Shown here one piece after another: positions 18,647 to 26,737 of a stretch of 64,000 nucleotides of DNA; positions within the stretch are counted from its first letter, which is position 1; each line of letters begins with the position of its first letter. The stretch comes from a virus (lineage: Duplodnaviria; Caudoviricetes). The stretch is from the IMG/VR virus record IMGVR_UViG_3300050645_000186, positions 13,147 through 77,146 of that record; one strand, written 5' to 3'. The notes beneath the pieces are model-generated. The model ran no database searches. It was not told where the DNA came from and worked only from the letters and a program-made list of their open reading frames with translations. The position numbers were made by a program, and so were the translations under genes.

Positions 18647-20449
18647 ATGCCGACATTAACCAGACAATGTACCCATGTGTGCGAAATCGACAGGGCTTCC
18701 TCCGATCAGGCCAACGCCAACTCGTGCGATGTAGGCAAATACGCGGCTACGACAAACAACTGCTTTTTCAACTTCGAGAGCCTGAACACGCAGATACCCG
18801 CAGGCTCCACGATCAACAGCGCTTCGCTCGTATTGGCGCAGGTTTTGGGCGGCCACGCCACGACGCTTACCAGCAAGGTTAGCCTGCGCAAGGGGAATTG
18901 GGGCACGTTCACATGGAGCGTCGGCCCACATCTGGCGCGCGACGGCAACCAGTTTATGCTTACCGGCGCAAACGCGGCAACCCGCACGATCGACGTTACG
19001 AACATTGTCCAGTGGATCGTGGACAACAACAGCCCCGATCATATTTTCCGTCTGGAGCGCGTGCCCAACGACCAGAGCGGCACCAACGACGCAAAGCGCT
19101 TTTCCACAACGCCTGCCAACCACAGCATACAGATCAACTACACGCCGCTTGCACCGTGCGGGCCTCCGACCAATGTCACAATATCGCCATCCGTGGCGGA
19201 AACAGAAGCAACGCTCACGTGGAGCGGCGCGACGGGCGGCGGCGCAAACGCCATCACAGGGTATGAGATCGCATACAGCGATTCGCCTGACGGCGAAAAT
19301 TGGGGCTTATGGCAGCCGCCTGCGATTGTGCCTTCTTCCTCGGGCAGCGGTTCGTATACCGTCGCGCCGCCAACGACGCGCGGGCATTACCGGCGGTTTC
19401 GGATACGCACGCGCGGTGCGCTGGGAGAGGCGTATTACTCGGGCTGGGTGACGTCGGGCACCCTGCGCAAAAACGTGCTGCCCTCGCCGCCGGGTGTGTT
19501 TACTGCCGCGCCGGAGGTGTACGAGGGTGGGAGCATCACCCTCTCATGGAGCGGCGTGGTGCCGGGCACCAGCGCAATCAAGTCGTACACGATCCAGAGC
19601 GCAAGCTCCATGGACGGCGGCGTCACATGGTCGGGCTTTGCGCAGCTTGCCACGATCCTGTCCTCCGCGACCTCCGGCAGCACGGTTGTGGCGGCGGATA
19701 TGCGCGACGGGGTCAAGGTTGTGTACCGCATTCGGACGGTAGACAGCTTCGACGCGGCCTCGGCGTATGCGTCGAGCAACATCGTCAGCATGGTCACCGC
19801 GCCGCCCGCGCCTGCGGTATTGGCACCGATATTCGGCAAAACGGCCTACAGCATCATGCCACGGGCGCTGCTCAAGACCGGCGCATATGCGGGCGGAAGC
19901 CAAACGCTACGCATTCGTGTGGATGGAGGGCCATGGTACGACAGCGCGGCCGATCCGGCGCGGTTCTCGGTACCCGGTTCCTTGGGCGGCAACACCGCGA
20001 CCATATTCGTGCCACCACCGCTTTCGCCGGGGAGCCATACCCTCTCGGTCAAGGCGGTCAACGCCGCCACGGGGACGGAAAGCACAGTGGTGACCATATC
20101 CTTCATCATCGCGGCGTCGCCGTTTTCGGCGCTCACCGCCAACGTGACCACGGTCAGGGCGGCGCACATCCAGCAGCTTCGTGACGCGGCCAACGCCGTG
20201 CGGCGCTATTACGGCCTGCCGATACAGGTATGGAAGGAAACCGTCGCGGCTGGCAAAACGCCCGTGTGGCGCTGGCCGCTGCACATCGCGGAGATACGCA
20301 GCGCTGTGGACGATATCGTGAGCGTGATCAATGCTCACGACGCATCCGGCGCGTTCAATGTGCTGCCGGTCGGGTGGCTGCCCTTCACGGCGGGCAGGCC
20401 GCGCGCGGATTTGATGCGACAACTGCAAGACCTGATATTGACGCTTTAG
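18647..20449 (+). CDS. Putative adhesin / receptor-binding protein (DNRLRE-like N-domain, FN3-like repeats, conserved C-terminus)
   Basis: IPAGSTINSASLVL and TIDVTNIVQW; repeated TLTWSG..GG..I..Y.I strands; C-terminus shared with 62297..64000. Confidence 0.7.
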   Translation: MPTLTRQCTHVCEIDRASSDQANANSCDVGKYAATTNNCFFNFESLNTQIPAGSTINSASLVLAQVLGGHATTLTSKVSLRKGNWGTFTWSVGPHLARDGNQFMLTGANAATRTIDVTNIVQWIVDNNSPDHIFRLERVPNDQSGTNDAKRFSTTPANHSIQINYTPLAPCGPPTNVTISPSVAETEATLTWSGATGGGANAITGYEIAYSDSPDGENWGLWQPPAIVPSSSGSGSYTVAPPTTRGHYRRFRIRTRGALGEAYYSGWVTSGTLRKNVLPSPPGVFTAAPEVYEGGSITLSWSGVVPGTSAIKSYTIQSASSMDGGVTWSGFAQLATILSSATSGSTVVAADMRDGVKVVYRIRTVDSFDAASAYASSNIVSMVTAPPAPAVLAPIFGKTAYSIMPRALLKTGAYAGGSQTLRIRVDGGPWYDSAADPARFSVPGSLGGNTATIFVPPPLSPGSHTLSVKAVNAATGTESTVVTISFIIAASPFSALTANVTTVRAAHIQQLRDAANAVRRYYGLPIQVWKETVAAGKTPVWRWPLHIAEIRSAVDDIVSVINAHDASGAFNVLPVGWLPFTAGRPRADLMRQLQDLILTL

Positions 20450-20450
20450 G

Positions 20451-20475
20451 GCGCTCCCACAAGGGAGCGCTTTTT
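20451..20475 (+). terminator. Intrinsic terminator
   Basis: GCGCTCCC-acaa-GGGAGCGC-TTTTT. Confidence 0.8.
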
Positions 20476-20506
20476 AGTTAGAACAACGAGAAAGTGAGGA
20501 TGGCAA

Positions 20507-20920
20507 ATGCGGATTTGGAATGGAATACAGCTTGTTTTCACCGCGATCGGCGGCGGGATCGGCTGGTTTGTGGGAGGGGTGGACGGCGTGCTGATTGCGC
20601 TTATAGCCGTGGTGGCGATCGATTACCTGACCGGCGTGATGTGCGCGGTCGTCGACAAGAAGCTCTCCAGCGAGGTCGGCGCGAAAGGAATTTTCAAGAA
20701 AGTGCTGATATTCGCCCTCGTCGGCGTGGCGCACATGATCGACAGTCAGGTGATCGGAACCGGCAGTACGCTTCGTACTGCCGTGATCTTTTTCTACCTG
20801 AGCAACGAGGGCATCTCCGTCGTGGAAAACGCGGCGCGGTTGGGGGTGCCCGTACCGGACAAGCTGCGGGACATGCTCGCGCAGCTCGCAAATAAGGGGG
20901 ATAAAAACGATGCTGAATAA
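20507..20920 (+). CDS. Holin (phage holin 4 family)
   Basis: Hydrophobic helices; DYLTG; SSEVGAKGIFKK; FYLSNEGISVVEN. Confidence 0.9.
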   Translation: MRIWNGIQLVFTAIGGGIGWFVGGVDGVLIALIAVVAIDYLTGVMCAVVDKKLSSEVGAKGIFKKVLIFALVGVAHMIDSQVIGTGSTLRTAVIFFYLSNEGISVVENAARLGVPVPDKLRDMLAQLANKGDKNDAE

Positions 20921-21653
20921 GTTCATTTCCTATCTTGAGGAACAGGTGCGCAACCACAGCATGTATGTATGGGGCGGACAAGGCGAGCAGGGCCGCCAAG
21001 TAAACGAGGCTTGGATACGCAAGCGCGAGAATAGTACAGCCAACGCCGCGAGGGCGATCGCCTTCTGGCGCAAACAGGTGATCGCGGGCTACGGCGACGT
21101 ACTGCGCGCCTTCGACTGCTCGGGGCTGGCCGTGTATTTCCTGCTGAAAGAGGGCCTGCTCTCGTCTGATACCACGGCGGATGGCCTGATGCGAAAATGT
21201 ACCCGCATTTCCCAAGGCGAGCTGCGGCGCGGCGACTTCGTATTCAAGGTGGATGCGAAGGGTAAGGCGTACCATATCGGGTACATCGTGGACGATGCCC
21301 TGAACGTCATTGAGGCGCAAGGCCGCGACACCGGGGTGGTCAAGTCGCCGCTCAAGGGCTGGAATGCATATGGCAGGCCGCCCTTTTTTAATGCCGTGGC
21401 TACGCCCGCTCCTGCGCCTGCGACCCAAAGCCGTGTATTGACGTTGGTAAAACCCTATATCCAAGGCGCGGACGTAGCCGTGCTGCAGGCGGCTCTCAAA
21501 AAGCGCGGGTATACTGTGGGCACGATCGACGGCGTGTTCGGCCCGAAGGCGGATAAGGCCGTGCGCAGGTTCCAGAAGAAGGCCAAGCTCACAGTGGACG
21601 GTAAGGCTGGGCCTAAGACCAACGCCGCGCTCGGCTTGGAGTGGCGCGGATAA
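20910..21653 (+). CDS. Endolysin: NlpC/P60-like peptidase + peptidoglycan-binding domain
   Basis: FDCSGL...HIG catalytic Cys/His; C-terminal DG.FG..T..AV..FQ...LTVDGKAG. Confidence 0.88.
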   Translation: MLNKFISYLEEQVRNHSMYVWGGQGEQGRQVNEAWIRKRENSTANAARAIAFWRKQVIAGYGDVLRAFDCSGLAVYFLLKEGLLSSDTTADGLMRKCTRISQGELRRGDFVFKVDAKGKAYHIGYIVDDALNVIEAQGRDTGVVKSPLKGWNAYGRPPFFNAVATPAPAPATQSRVLTLVKPYIQGADVAVLQAALKKRGYTVGTIDGVFGPKADKAVRRFQKKAKLTVDGKAGPKTNAALGLEWRG

Positions 21654-21717
21654 ACAATTTATCAACGGATGCGGGGCGCTGCTGCATGCAGCGCCCCGTT
21701 GGTATGGGGGCAAAAGT

Positions 21718-22161
21718 ATGACTTTAGAACAAAAAGAAACCGTGTTCCAAATGCGGGATCAGGGGTTGAGCTATGCAGAAATAGCATCTGCCCTCAAAAT
21801 ATCCAGAAATACTGTGAAGTCTTTTTGTAGACGGAGTTCTCCAACATTAGAGAAAACGGCATTGGATAATAAGCAAGATATGCATGAAAATCACAGCCGT
21901 TGCAAGCAGTGTGGCACCCTGCTTATTACTCATGGGCACAGAGGGAAGCCGAGGCTTTTTTGTTGCGACGCATGCCGCCGTACTTGGTGGAAAGAGAACA
22001 ACAGCGATACACCAAACAGAAAGGCGTATTATCGCTTGATTTGTATGGGGTGCAAACAAGAATTCAAAAGCTACGGCAACAAGGCCCGCAAATACTGCGG
22101 GCATGCCTGTTATATAAGGAACAGATTTGGAGGAGGAGAGCATGACCAAAGAGCAGTTTGA
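21718..22161 (+). CDS. HTH + zinc-ribbon protein preceding the recombinase module
   Basis: GLSYAEIASALKISRNTVKSFCRR; CKQCG...FCCDACR; CMGC...KYCGHACY. Confidence 0.75.
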   Translation: MTLEQKETVFQMRDQGLSYAEIASALKISRNTVKSFCRRSSPTLEKTALDNKQDMHENHSRCKQCGTLLITHGHRGKPRLFCCDACRRTWWKENNSDTPNRKAYYRLICMGCKQEFKSYGNKARKYCGHACYIRNRFGGGEHDQRAV

Positions 22162-22303
22162 GCGGGAGAAGAACTACCGGGTGGCGCTTTCCATAGCCAA
22201 AACCATGCTCGCGCGCGGGCTGATCAACGAGAAGGATTACGCCAAAATCAACACGAAACTGATCGCCAAATATCGTCCCATTTTCAGCGGATTGTGCCGC
22301 TGA
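22142..22303 (+). CDS. Small SHOCT-like protein (53 aa)
   Basis: GGAGGAG RBS; MTKEQFEREKNY...GLINEKDYAKI. Confidence 0.7.
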   Translation: MTKEQFEREKNYRVALSIAKTMLARGLINEKDYAKINTKLIAKYRPIFSGLCR

Positions 22304-22308
22304 ATTAA

Positions 22309-22338
22309 CTTGCTATGTGTGAAACACAGAGGTAACAT
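22309..22338 (+). promoter_or_regulatory. CTTGCT-N-AGAG motif, copy 3 (upstream of recombinase 1)
   Basis: CTTGCTAT-N10-CAGAG-g-TAACAT; shares AATTAACTTGCTAT with copy 2. Confidence 0.5.
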
Positions 22339-22360
22339 GCCTACTGCAAGGAGGGATCGT

Positions 22361-23695
22361 ATGGCAAGAAATATACGGATAATAGGGCCTTTATCGCCCG
22401 CAGCGCCCAAGAAAAAGCGCGTGGCCGCATATGCGCGGGTATCCAGCGGCAAGGACGCAATGCTCCACTCGCTCTCGGCGCAGGTCAGCTACTACAGCGC
22501 CTATATCCAACGTCAGCCGGGCTGGGAATACGCCGGTGTGTACGCGGATGAGGCGCTCACCGGCACCAAGGATGACCGCCCGGAGTTCCAGCGGCTGCTT
22601 GCCGACTGCCGGGCCGGGCAAATCGATATGGTAGTTACAAAGTCCATATCAAGGCTGGCAAGGAACACGGTAACTATGCTGGAGGCGGTGCGCGAACTCA
22701 GGGCGCTGAACATCGATGTGTTCTTCGAAAAAGAGAATATTCACAGTCTGAGCGGGGATGGTGAGCTGATGCTTACCATCCTCGCTTCTTTTGCGCAGGA
22801 GGAAAGCCGGTCGGTCAGCGAAAACTGCAAATGGCGCATCCGCAGTCGTTTTCGGGACGGCGAGCTGGTGGGCCTGAGTTATATGTACGGCTATCGCATA
22901 TGCAAAGGCGTGATCAAGGTTGATTTAGTCGAAGCGGCGGTCGTGAGGCGGGTTTTCCGGGATTGCATCGAAGGCATCGGCGTGGAGACGATCGCAAAGC
23001 GGCTCAACGAGCTGGGCATATCGCAGCGGCGCGGTGGCGAGTGGTCAGGGGCGCGCGTGCTGCACCTGCTGCACAATGAAAAATATACCGGCAACGCCCT
23101 GTTGCAAAAAAGCTACGTCGCCGACCACCTGACCAAGAAGGAACGCCCCAATAAAGGCGTACTCCCCATGTACTTTGCGGAGGGTACGCATCCCGCCATC
23201 ATCGACCGGGGCACATTCGATCGTGCGCAACGGCGGCTTGAAGCCAACAGGAAAAGCAACAACATTTCCAAAGATGCGCCTGCCAGATACCCCTTTTCCG
23301 GCATCATCCAATGTGATAATTGCGGGCAGAAATTCAAGCGCGTCGTGTGCCATGGCAGGCCCTACTGGCAATGCACGACGTATCTTCGTAACGGCAAGGC
23401 CGCCTGCCACACCAAACAGATACCCGAGCCTATTCTGCTGTCGCTTGCGGCACAGGCGCTTGGGCTTTCCGCTTTTGATGAGGCGGCTTTCAACAGCCAA
23501 ATCCAAGAGATGCGCATACCCGCGCACGATCGGGTGATTTTTGTGTTTCACGACGGCCATACGGCGGAGTGCGTATGGCAGGACAATTCGCGCCGGGATA
23601 GCTGGTGTGAGGAGAAAAAGCAGCAGGCGCGCCAGCGTCAGCTTGAATATATGGAAAAGGAGAACAGCCAATGCAACCAAACGCCGCAAGAGTAA
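22361..23695 (+). CDS. Large serine recombinase 1
   Basis: YARVSS catalytic Ser; VYADE; TKSISR; AQEESRS.SEN; recombinase domain; zinc ribbon CDNCG...C. Confidence 0.93.
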   Translation: MARNIRIIGPLSPAAPKKKRVAAYARVSSGKDAMLHSLSAQVSYYSAYIQRQPGWEYAGVYADEALTGTKDDRPEFQRLLADCRAGQIDMVVTKSISRLARNTVTMLEAVRELRALNIDVFFEKENIHSLSGDGELMLTILASFAQEESRSVSENCKWRIRSRFRDGELVGLSYMYGYRICKGVIKVDLVEAAVVRRVFRDCIEGIGVETIAKRLNELGISQRRGGEWSGARVLHLLHNEKYTGNALLQKSYVADHLTKKERPNKGVLPMYFAEGTHPAIIDRGTFDRAQRRLEANRKSNNISKDAPARYPFSGIIQCDNCGQKFKRVVCHGRPYWQCTTYLRNGKAACHTKQIPEPILLSLAAQALGLSAFDEAAFNSQIQEMRIPAHDRVIFVFHDGHTAECVWQDNSRRDSWCEEKKQQARQRQLEYMEKENSQCNQTPQE

Positions 23696-23888
23696 CCGTA
23701 ATCCCTGCGTATACGCGGCCTTCTAATACAGGGCCTGTGGGCCTTGCCTCAAAAAAGCGCGTGGCGGCATATGCCCGTGTATCCACCGATAGCGAGGAGC
23801 AGCTTACCAGTTATGAGGCGCAGGTAGATTACTACACCCGCTATATCAAGGAAAAGGACGAGTGGTCATTCGTTGAAGTCTATACGGA
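23671..23888 (+). pseudogene. Large serine recombinase 2, 5' fragment cut at VYT(D)
   Basis: RVAAYARVSTDSEEQLTSYEAQVDYY...WSFVEVYT then non-homologous AT-rich sequence where DEG is expected; the ORF-track frame to 24099 is a chimera. Confidence 0.85.
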
Positions 23889-23954
23889 AATAATAGTTCC
23901 CTATATGATACGGCTTCGTTTCCGGGATTTCGTTAAAGAATGTAAAAACCTTTT

Positions 23955-24133
23955 GATTTACAGACTTTCTCACACCGAGGGGTGTGCAAAGGTCCTATTT
24001 TTTTGCCCGCTATTTTCGACAGACTATTTTGAACGTGTGCAACTGAGTGTTCACGATGGTAATTTTGCACACCCTTACAACGATGAAGCCGTCCCGTAAC
24101 GATTTACAGGACAGTTCGTTATGAGGGTGTGCA
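23955..24133. repeat. Three TTAC(A/G)G(G)AC...GGGTGTGCA units; two form a 68-bp imperfect palindrome
   Basis: GGGTGTGCA at 23980-23988 (+), 24066-24074 (-), 24125-24133 (+); palindrome 24066-24133 centred on 24100-24103. Confidence 0.7.
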
Positions 24134-24163
24134 TATTGTGCTCTATAGAATAGAGTTGTTTTG

Positions 24164-24517
24164 CTATTCGCAAAGAGAATAAATTTTCGGCATACCGCCA
24201 GAATCTATCACCTTGCCAATTTCAATCAGCCCAAAAACAATCAACGCTCTAACATAAATGTAAGGAGTATCCGTATCGGGGTATAACACTTTCACATACG
24301 GTGCAAGATCATCAAACGAGCCGACACTGTAATTGCTACCATTGCTGTCGGAGACAGCATATGTGGCAGGGTCAAATTTCCCATAGAAATTTTTAACTGC
24401 ATATGCAAAAGCAAATTTTGCAGCAGATGTTCCGTGGTCAAATTTCCCCGTTGCGACCAGTTTATCAGCCACCTCGTTAGCGGCTTTTGATAAGCGGAAA
24501 TTTGTTATATCGTTCAT
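24164..24517 (-). CDS. 117-aa protein, PbeD/DndE-like by position and N-terminus
   Basis: GGAGG RBS; NFRLSKAANEVADKL...AAKFAFAYAV; last gene after the ATPase. Confidence 0.55.
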   Translation of the reverse strand: MNDITNFRLSKAANEVADKLVATGKFDHGTSAAKFAFAYAVKNFYGKFDPATYAVSDSNGSNYSVGSFDDLAPYVKVLYPDTDTPYIYVRALIVFGLIEIGKVIDSGGMPKIYSLCE

Positions 24518-24532
24518 ATCTGTCACCTCCAG

Positions 24533-26527
24533 TTATTGCAGTTCTATTGCTGTATGGAAAGAACCATACTTTCTCAGGCGATATTCTTTTTTGAGTGTGC
24601 TTCCTAAAACCTGTCTGGCGGTCTGCCCATCAATCTCATCAGTGTACGCCAAAAGAATGATCTGATCGGACATTAATGGCAGTGCCTTTGTTATGTTTTT
24701 CTTATGGGTTGGATCGAGACGTCCAAAAGGAGAATCCATTATAATAGGTCCGCTTAAGGGGGCGTTTTTGTGTAAAGCGCCAATCAACGACAGTGCCACA
24801 ATATGCTCAAACCCGGCAGAACGGAATGGTATTATTTCACCGGAACGATGTTGTATGGAGAGGCCATAGTTGTCATTAATTTTTAACGCTGTATAGTCAG
24901 GATCGCTGCTAATGTTGCAGAAAAGCTCTGTAGCATCACGTTCAACTTCCGCTTTTAGTTTGTCACGATATGCAGCGATGCCGTCGTTAAATAACTGATG
25001 GAGTGCTGCACAGATTTCAACCTTTTTTACTGCAAGATTTAAATCCGCATCAGAAGTACCTGCTTTCCGAACTTTTTCTTCAAGGCTTGCTAAAGCAATG
25101 TCGGCTTCTTTTATTTTATCCTTAGTTGCTTGAATACCTTCCTTTAGATTTTCAATCTTTGAATAGCACTTTGCCAAGTTTTGTGCATTCTCTTTTGCGA
25201 CAGCGGTGAGGTCACTTATATTTCCGTAGCGGCTAATCTCATCTCGCAAATCTTTGAACTGACCTTTTGCGTCATCAATCTGCACTAAGAGATCAGCCAG
25301 CTGATCCTCATAAACCTTGAGAACTTGGGCGTCTGTAGCACTCTGCATACTTTCCAAAGATGCCTGTCGGATTTGAAGAGTTTTCATGCGCCCGATTTCT
25401 TCGGTGGACAGTCCGCCAAATTCTCCTGGCTCTTCTTCAAGTCGCTTTTTAAGTGCAATTACGTGAGCTTCATCTACATCCTGGTTACAGCATTCACAAT
25501 GATGCGTTTCTACGATACGTTGAATATATGTCATAAGTCGAGCAACAGACTCATGCGTATTGTGCTTTTGCTGGAGAGTATATAGTTCAGACTTAACCTG
25601 AGATAGAATTTCAGAGGTTTTCTTGCCAATCACATATCTCCAGACATCTTTTGTCGCAACAACAATTGACTGTAAAAGGCCATCACGTGTAGCTTCTTTT
25701 GCAGCAATATCGCTCTCTAAATGCTCCATGTTCTGGATTAATGCTCTGAGATGCTCGTTCTGTTTTCCTTCGTCCTCAAGTTTTGCCCTGAGATTTTGCG
25801 CCTCCTCATATGCTGCTTGAAGCCGCACCAGTTCTTTTGTTTGCTCATCCTTCTTTGCCGTTTCCGATTCAATCTGTGCGGCATACTTTTCTGTCTGCTT
25901 ATTTGCCTGAGCTGCTTTTGTCTGTTCCTTGCGGTATTCGTCAAGGACAAAGGCAGTATCATTAGCGGCGCTTGTCAAAATGGGGACTCCTAAAATTGAT
26001 TCAATAGATTTCTTGATTTTTTCGCCGGCAGAAGTTTCATCTTTCACGAGTTCCTCGTATTCCTGAAGCAATTCACCATCGAATAGGAAAAATCGAGAAA
26101 CATCCTCTGGCATTATTAATGCCAGTTCATGTTCTTTATTTGGAGCAAAATGCCCATCAACCTTAAGAAAAACATCCTGAACATAGTCATCGTTCTTGGA
26201 AGGAACTGTTACACCAGAACGAACACTATATTGACGAGTAAGTTCATATTTTTTTCCATCGTGGAGCATTTTCAATACAACCTTAAAATCGTATTTACCC
26301 GCTTTCATTCCTTCTCGGTTCACCAATTTTAGAATATCTTCTACCGTCTCATGGCGGTATTGGAATCTGCCAAACAAGGCATAACGGAAGAGGTTCAGAA
26401 GCGTGGTTTTCCCATGTCCATTGTCTCCCCAAATAAGGGTAACACCATCCCCATCACCGAAGTCAATTGTCTGCTCACCTTCATAAGGGCCAAAATTATT
26501 GATGGTTATACTCGTAAACTTCAACAT
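24533..26527 (-). CDS. Rad50/SbcC/DndD-like coiled-coil ABC ATPase (PbeC-like)
   Basis: Walker A GDNGHGKT, FFLFDGE, coiled coils with central CECC zinc hook, signature SAG, Walker B IMDSPFGRLD. Confidence 0.85.
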   Translation of the reverse strand: MLKFTSITINNFGPYEGEQTIDFGDGDGVTLIWGDNGHGKTTLLNLFRYALFGRFQYRHETVEDILKLVNREGMKAGKYDFKVVLKMLHDGKKYELTRQYSVRSGVTVPSKNDDYVQDVFLKVDGHFAPNKEHELALIMPEDVSRFFLFDGELLQEYEELVKDETSAGEKIKKSIESILGVPILTSAANDTAFVLDEYRKEQTKAAQANKQTEKYAAQIESETAKKDEQTKELVRLQAAYEEAQNLRAKLEDEGKQNEHLRALIQNMEHLESDIAAKEATRDGLLQSIVVATKDVWRYVIGKKTSEILSQVKSELYTLQQKHNTHESVARLMTYIQRIVETHHCECCNQDVDEAHVIALKKRLEEEPGEFGGLSTEEIGRMKTLQIRQASLESMQSATDAQVLKVYEDQLADLLVQIDDAKGQFKDLRDEISRYGNISDLTAVAKENAQNLAKCYSKIENLKEGIQATKDKIKEADIALASLEEKVRKAGTSDADLNLAVKKVEICAALHQLFNDGIAAYRDKLKAEVERDATELFCNISSDPDYTALKINDNYGLSIQHRSGEIIPFRSAGFEHIVALSLIGALHKNAPLSGPIIMDSPFGRLDPTHKKNITKALPLMSDQIILLAYTDEIDGQTARQVLGSTLKKEYRLRKYGSFHTAIELQ

Positions 26528-26545
26528 AACAAACAACCCTCCTTA

Positions 26546-26737
26546 TTAAATGGTTACCGTCTTCAGAAAATCATCTATGACTTTCTGCGTATCATGTCTT
26601 GCCTTTGTCCTATCATCCTGAGACGAAAATTCCGCATTTACGATATCTTGAATCAATGATGCAGGTATTTTAGGCTGCTGCTTGGCTCTGATTTTTTCCA
26701 ATACGGAAATCAGTTCATTGATTTCGATGTTAGTCAT
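26546..26737 (-). CDS. 63-aa protein between helicase and ATPase (PbeB-like position)
   Basis: GAGGAGG RBS inside the helicase 3' end; start overlaps helicase stop; predicted helical. Confidence 0.65.
   Translation of the reverse strand: MTNIEINELISVLEKIRAKQQPKIPASLIQDIVNAEFSSQDDRTKARHDTQKVIDDFLKTVTI

Larger units (their letters stand above)
1..23888 (+). mobile_element. Prophage 1 (siphovirus; right part: packaging, head, tail, lysis, serine recombinases); left end lies outside the window
   Basis: Co-oriented terS-MTases-terL-portal-ClpP-HK97 capsid-tail-holin-endolysin-recombinase gene order; ends at a disrupted recombinase where GC visibly drops. Confidence 0.93.

Noticed and set aside
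18647-20449. Diversity-generating retroelement targeting the adhesin
   Set aside because: No reverse transcriptase and no template/variable repeat pair differing at adenines seen in the window; prophage 2's right end is not visible
21672-21698. Perfect 11-bp inverted repeat after the endolysin as a recombination site
   Set aside because: Position and GC-rich stem fit an ordinary transcript-end hairpin; no matching copy elsewhere in the window
23671-24099. 142-aa ORF as an intact gene
   Set aside because: Only the first ~72 codons are recombinase-like; the rest is read-through into the non-coding end of the inserted element
24164-26527. A Dnd phosphorothioation system (DndD/DndE-like genes)
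   Set aside because: No DndA/IscS, DndB or PAPS-reductase-like DndC in the window; the ATPase sits in helicase-small-ATPase-small order, which fits the Pbe effector rather than dndBCDE
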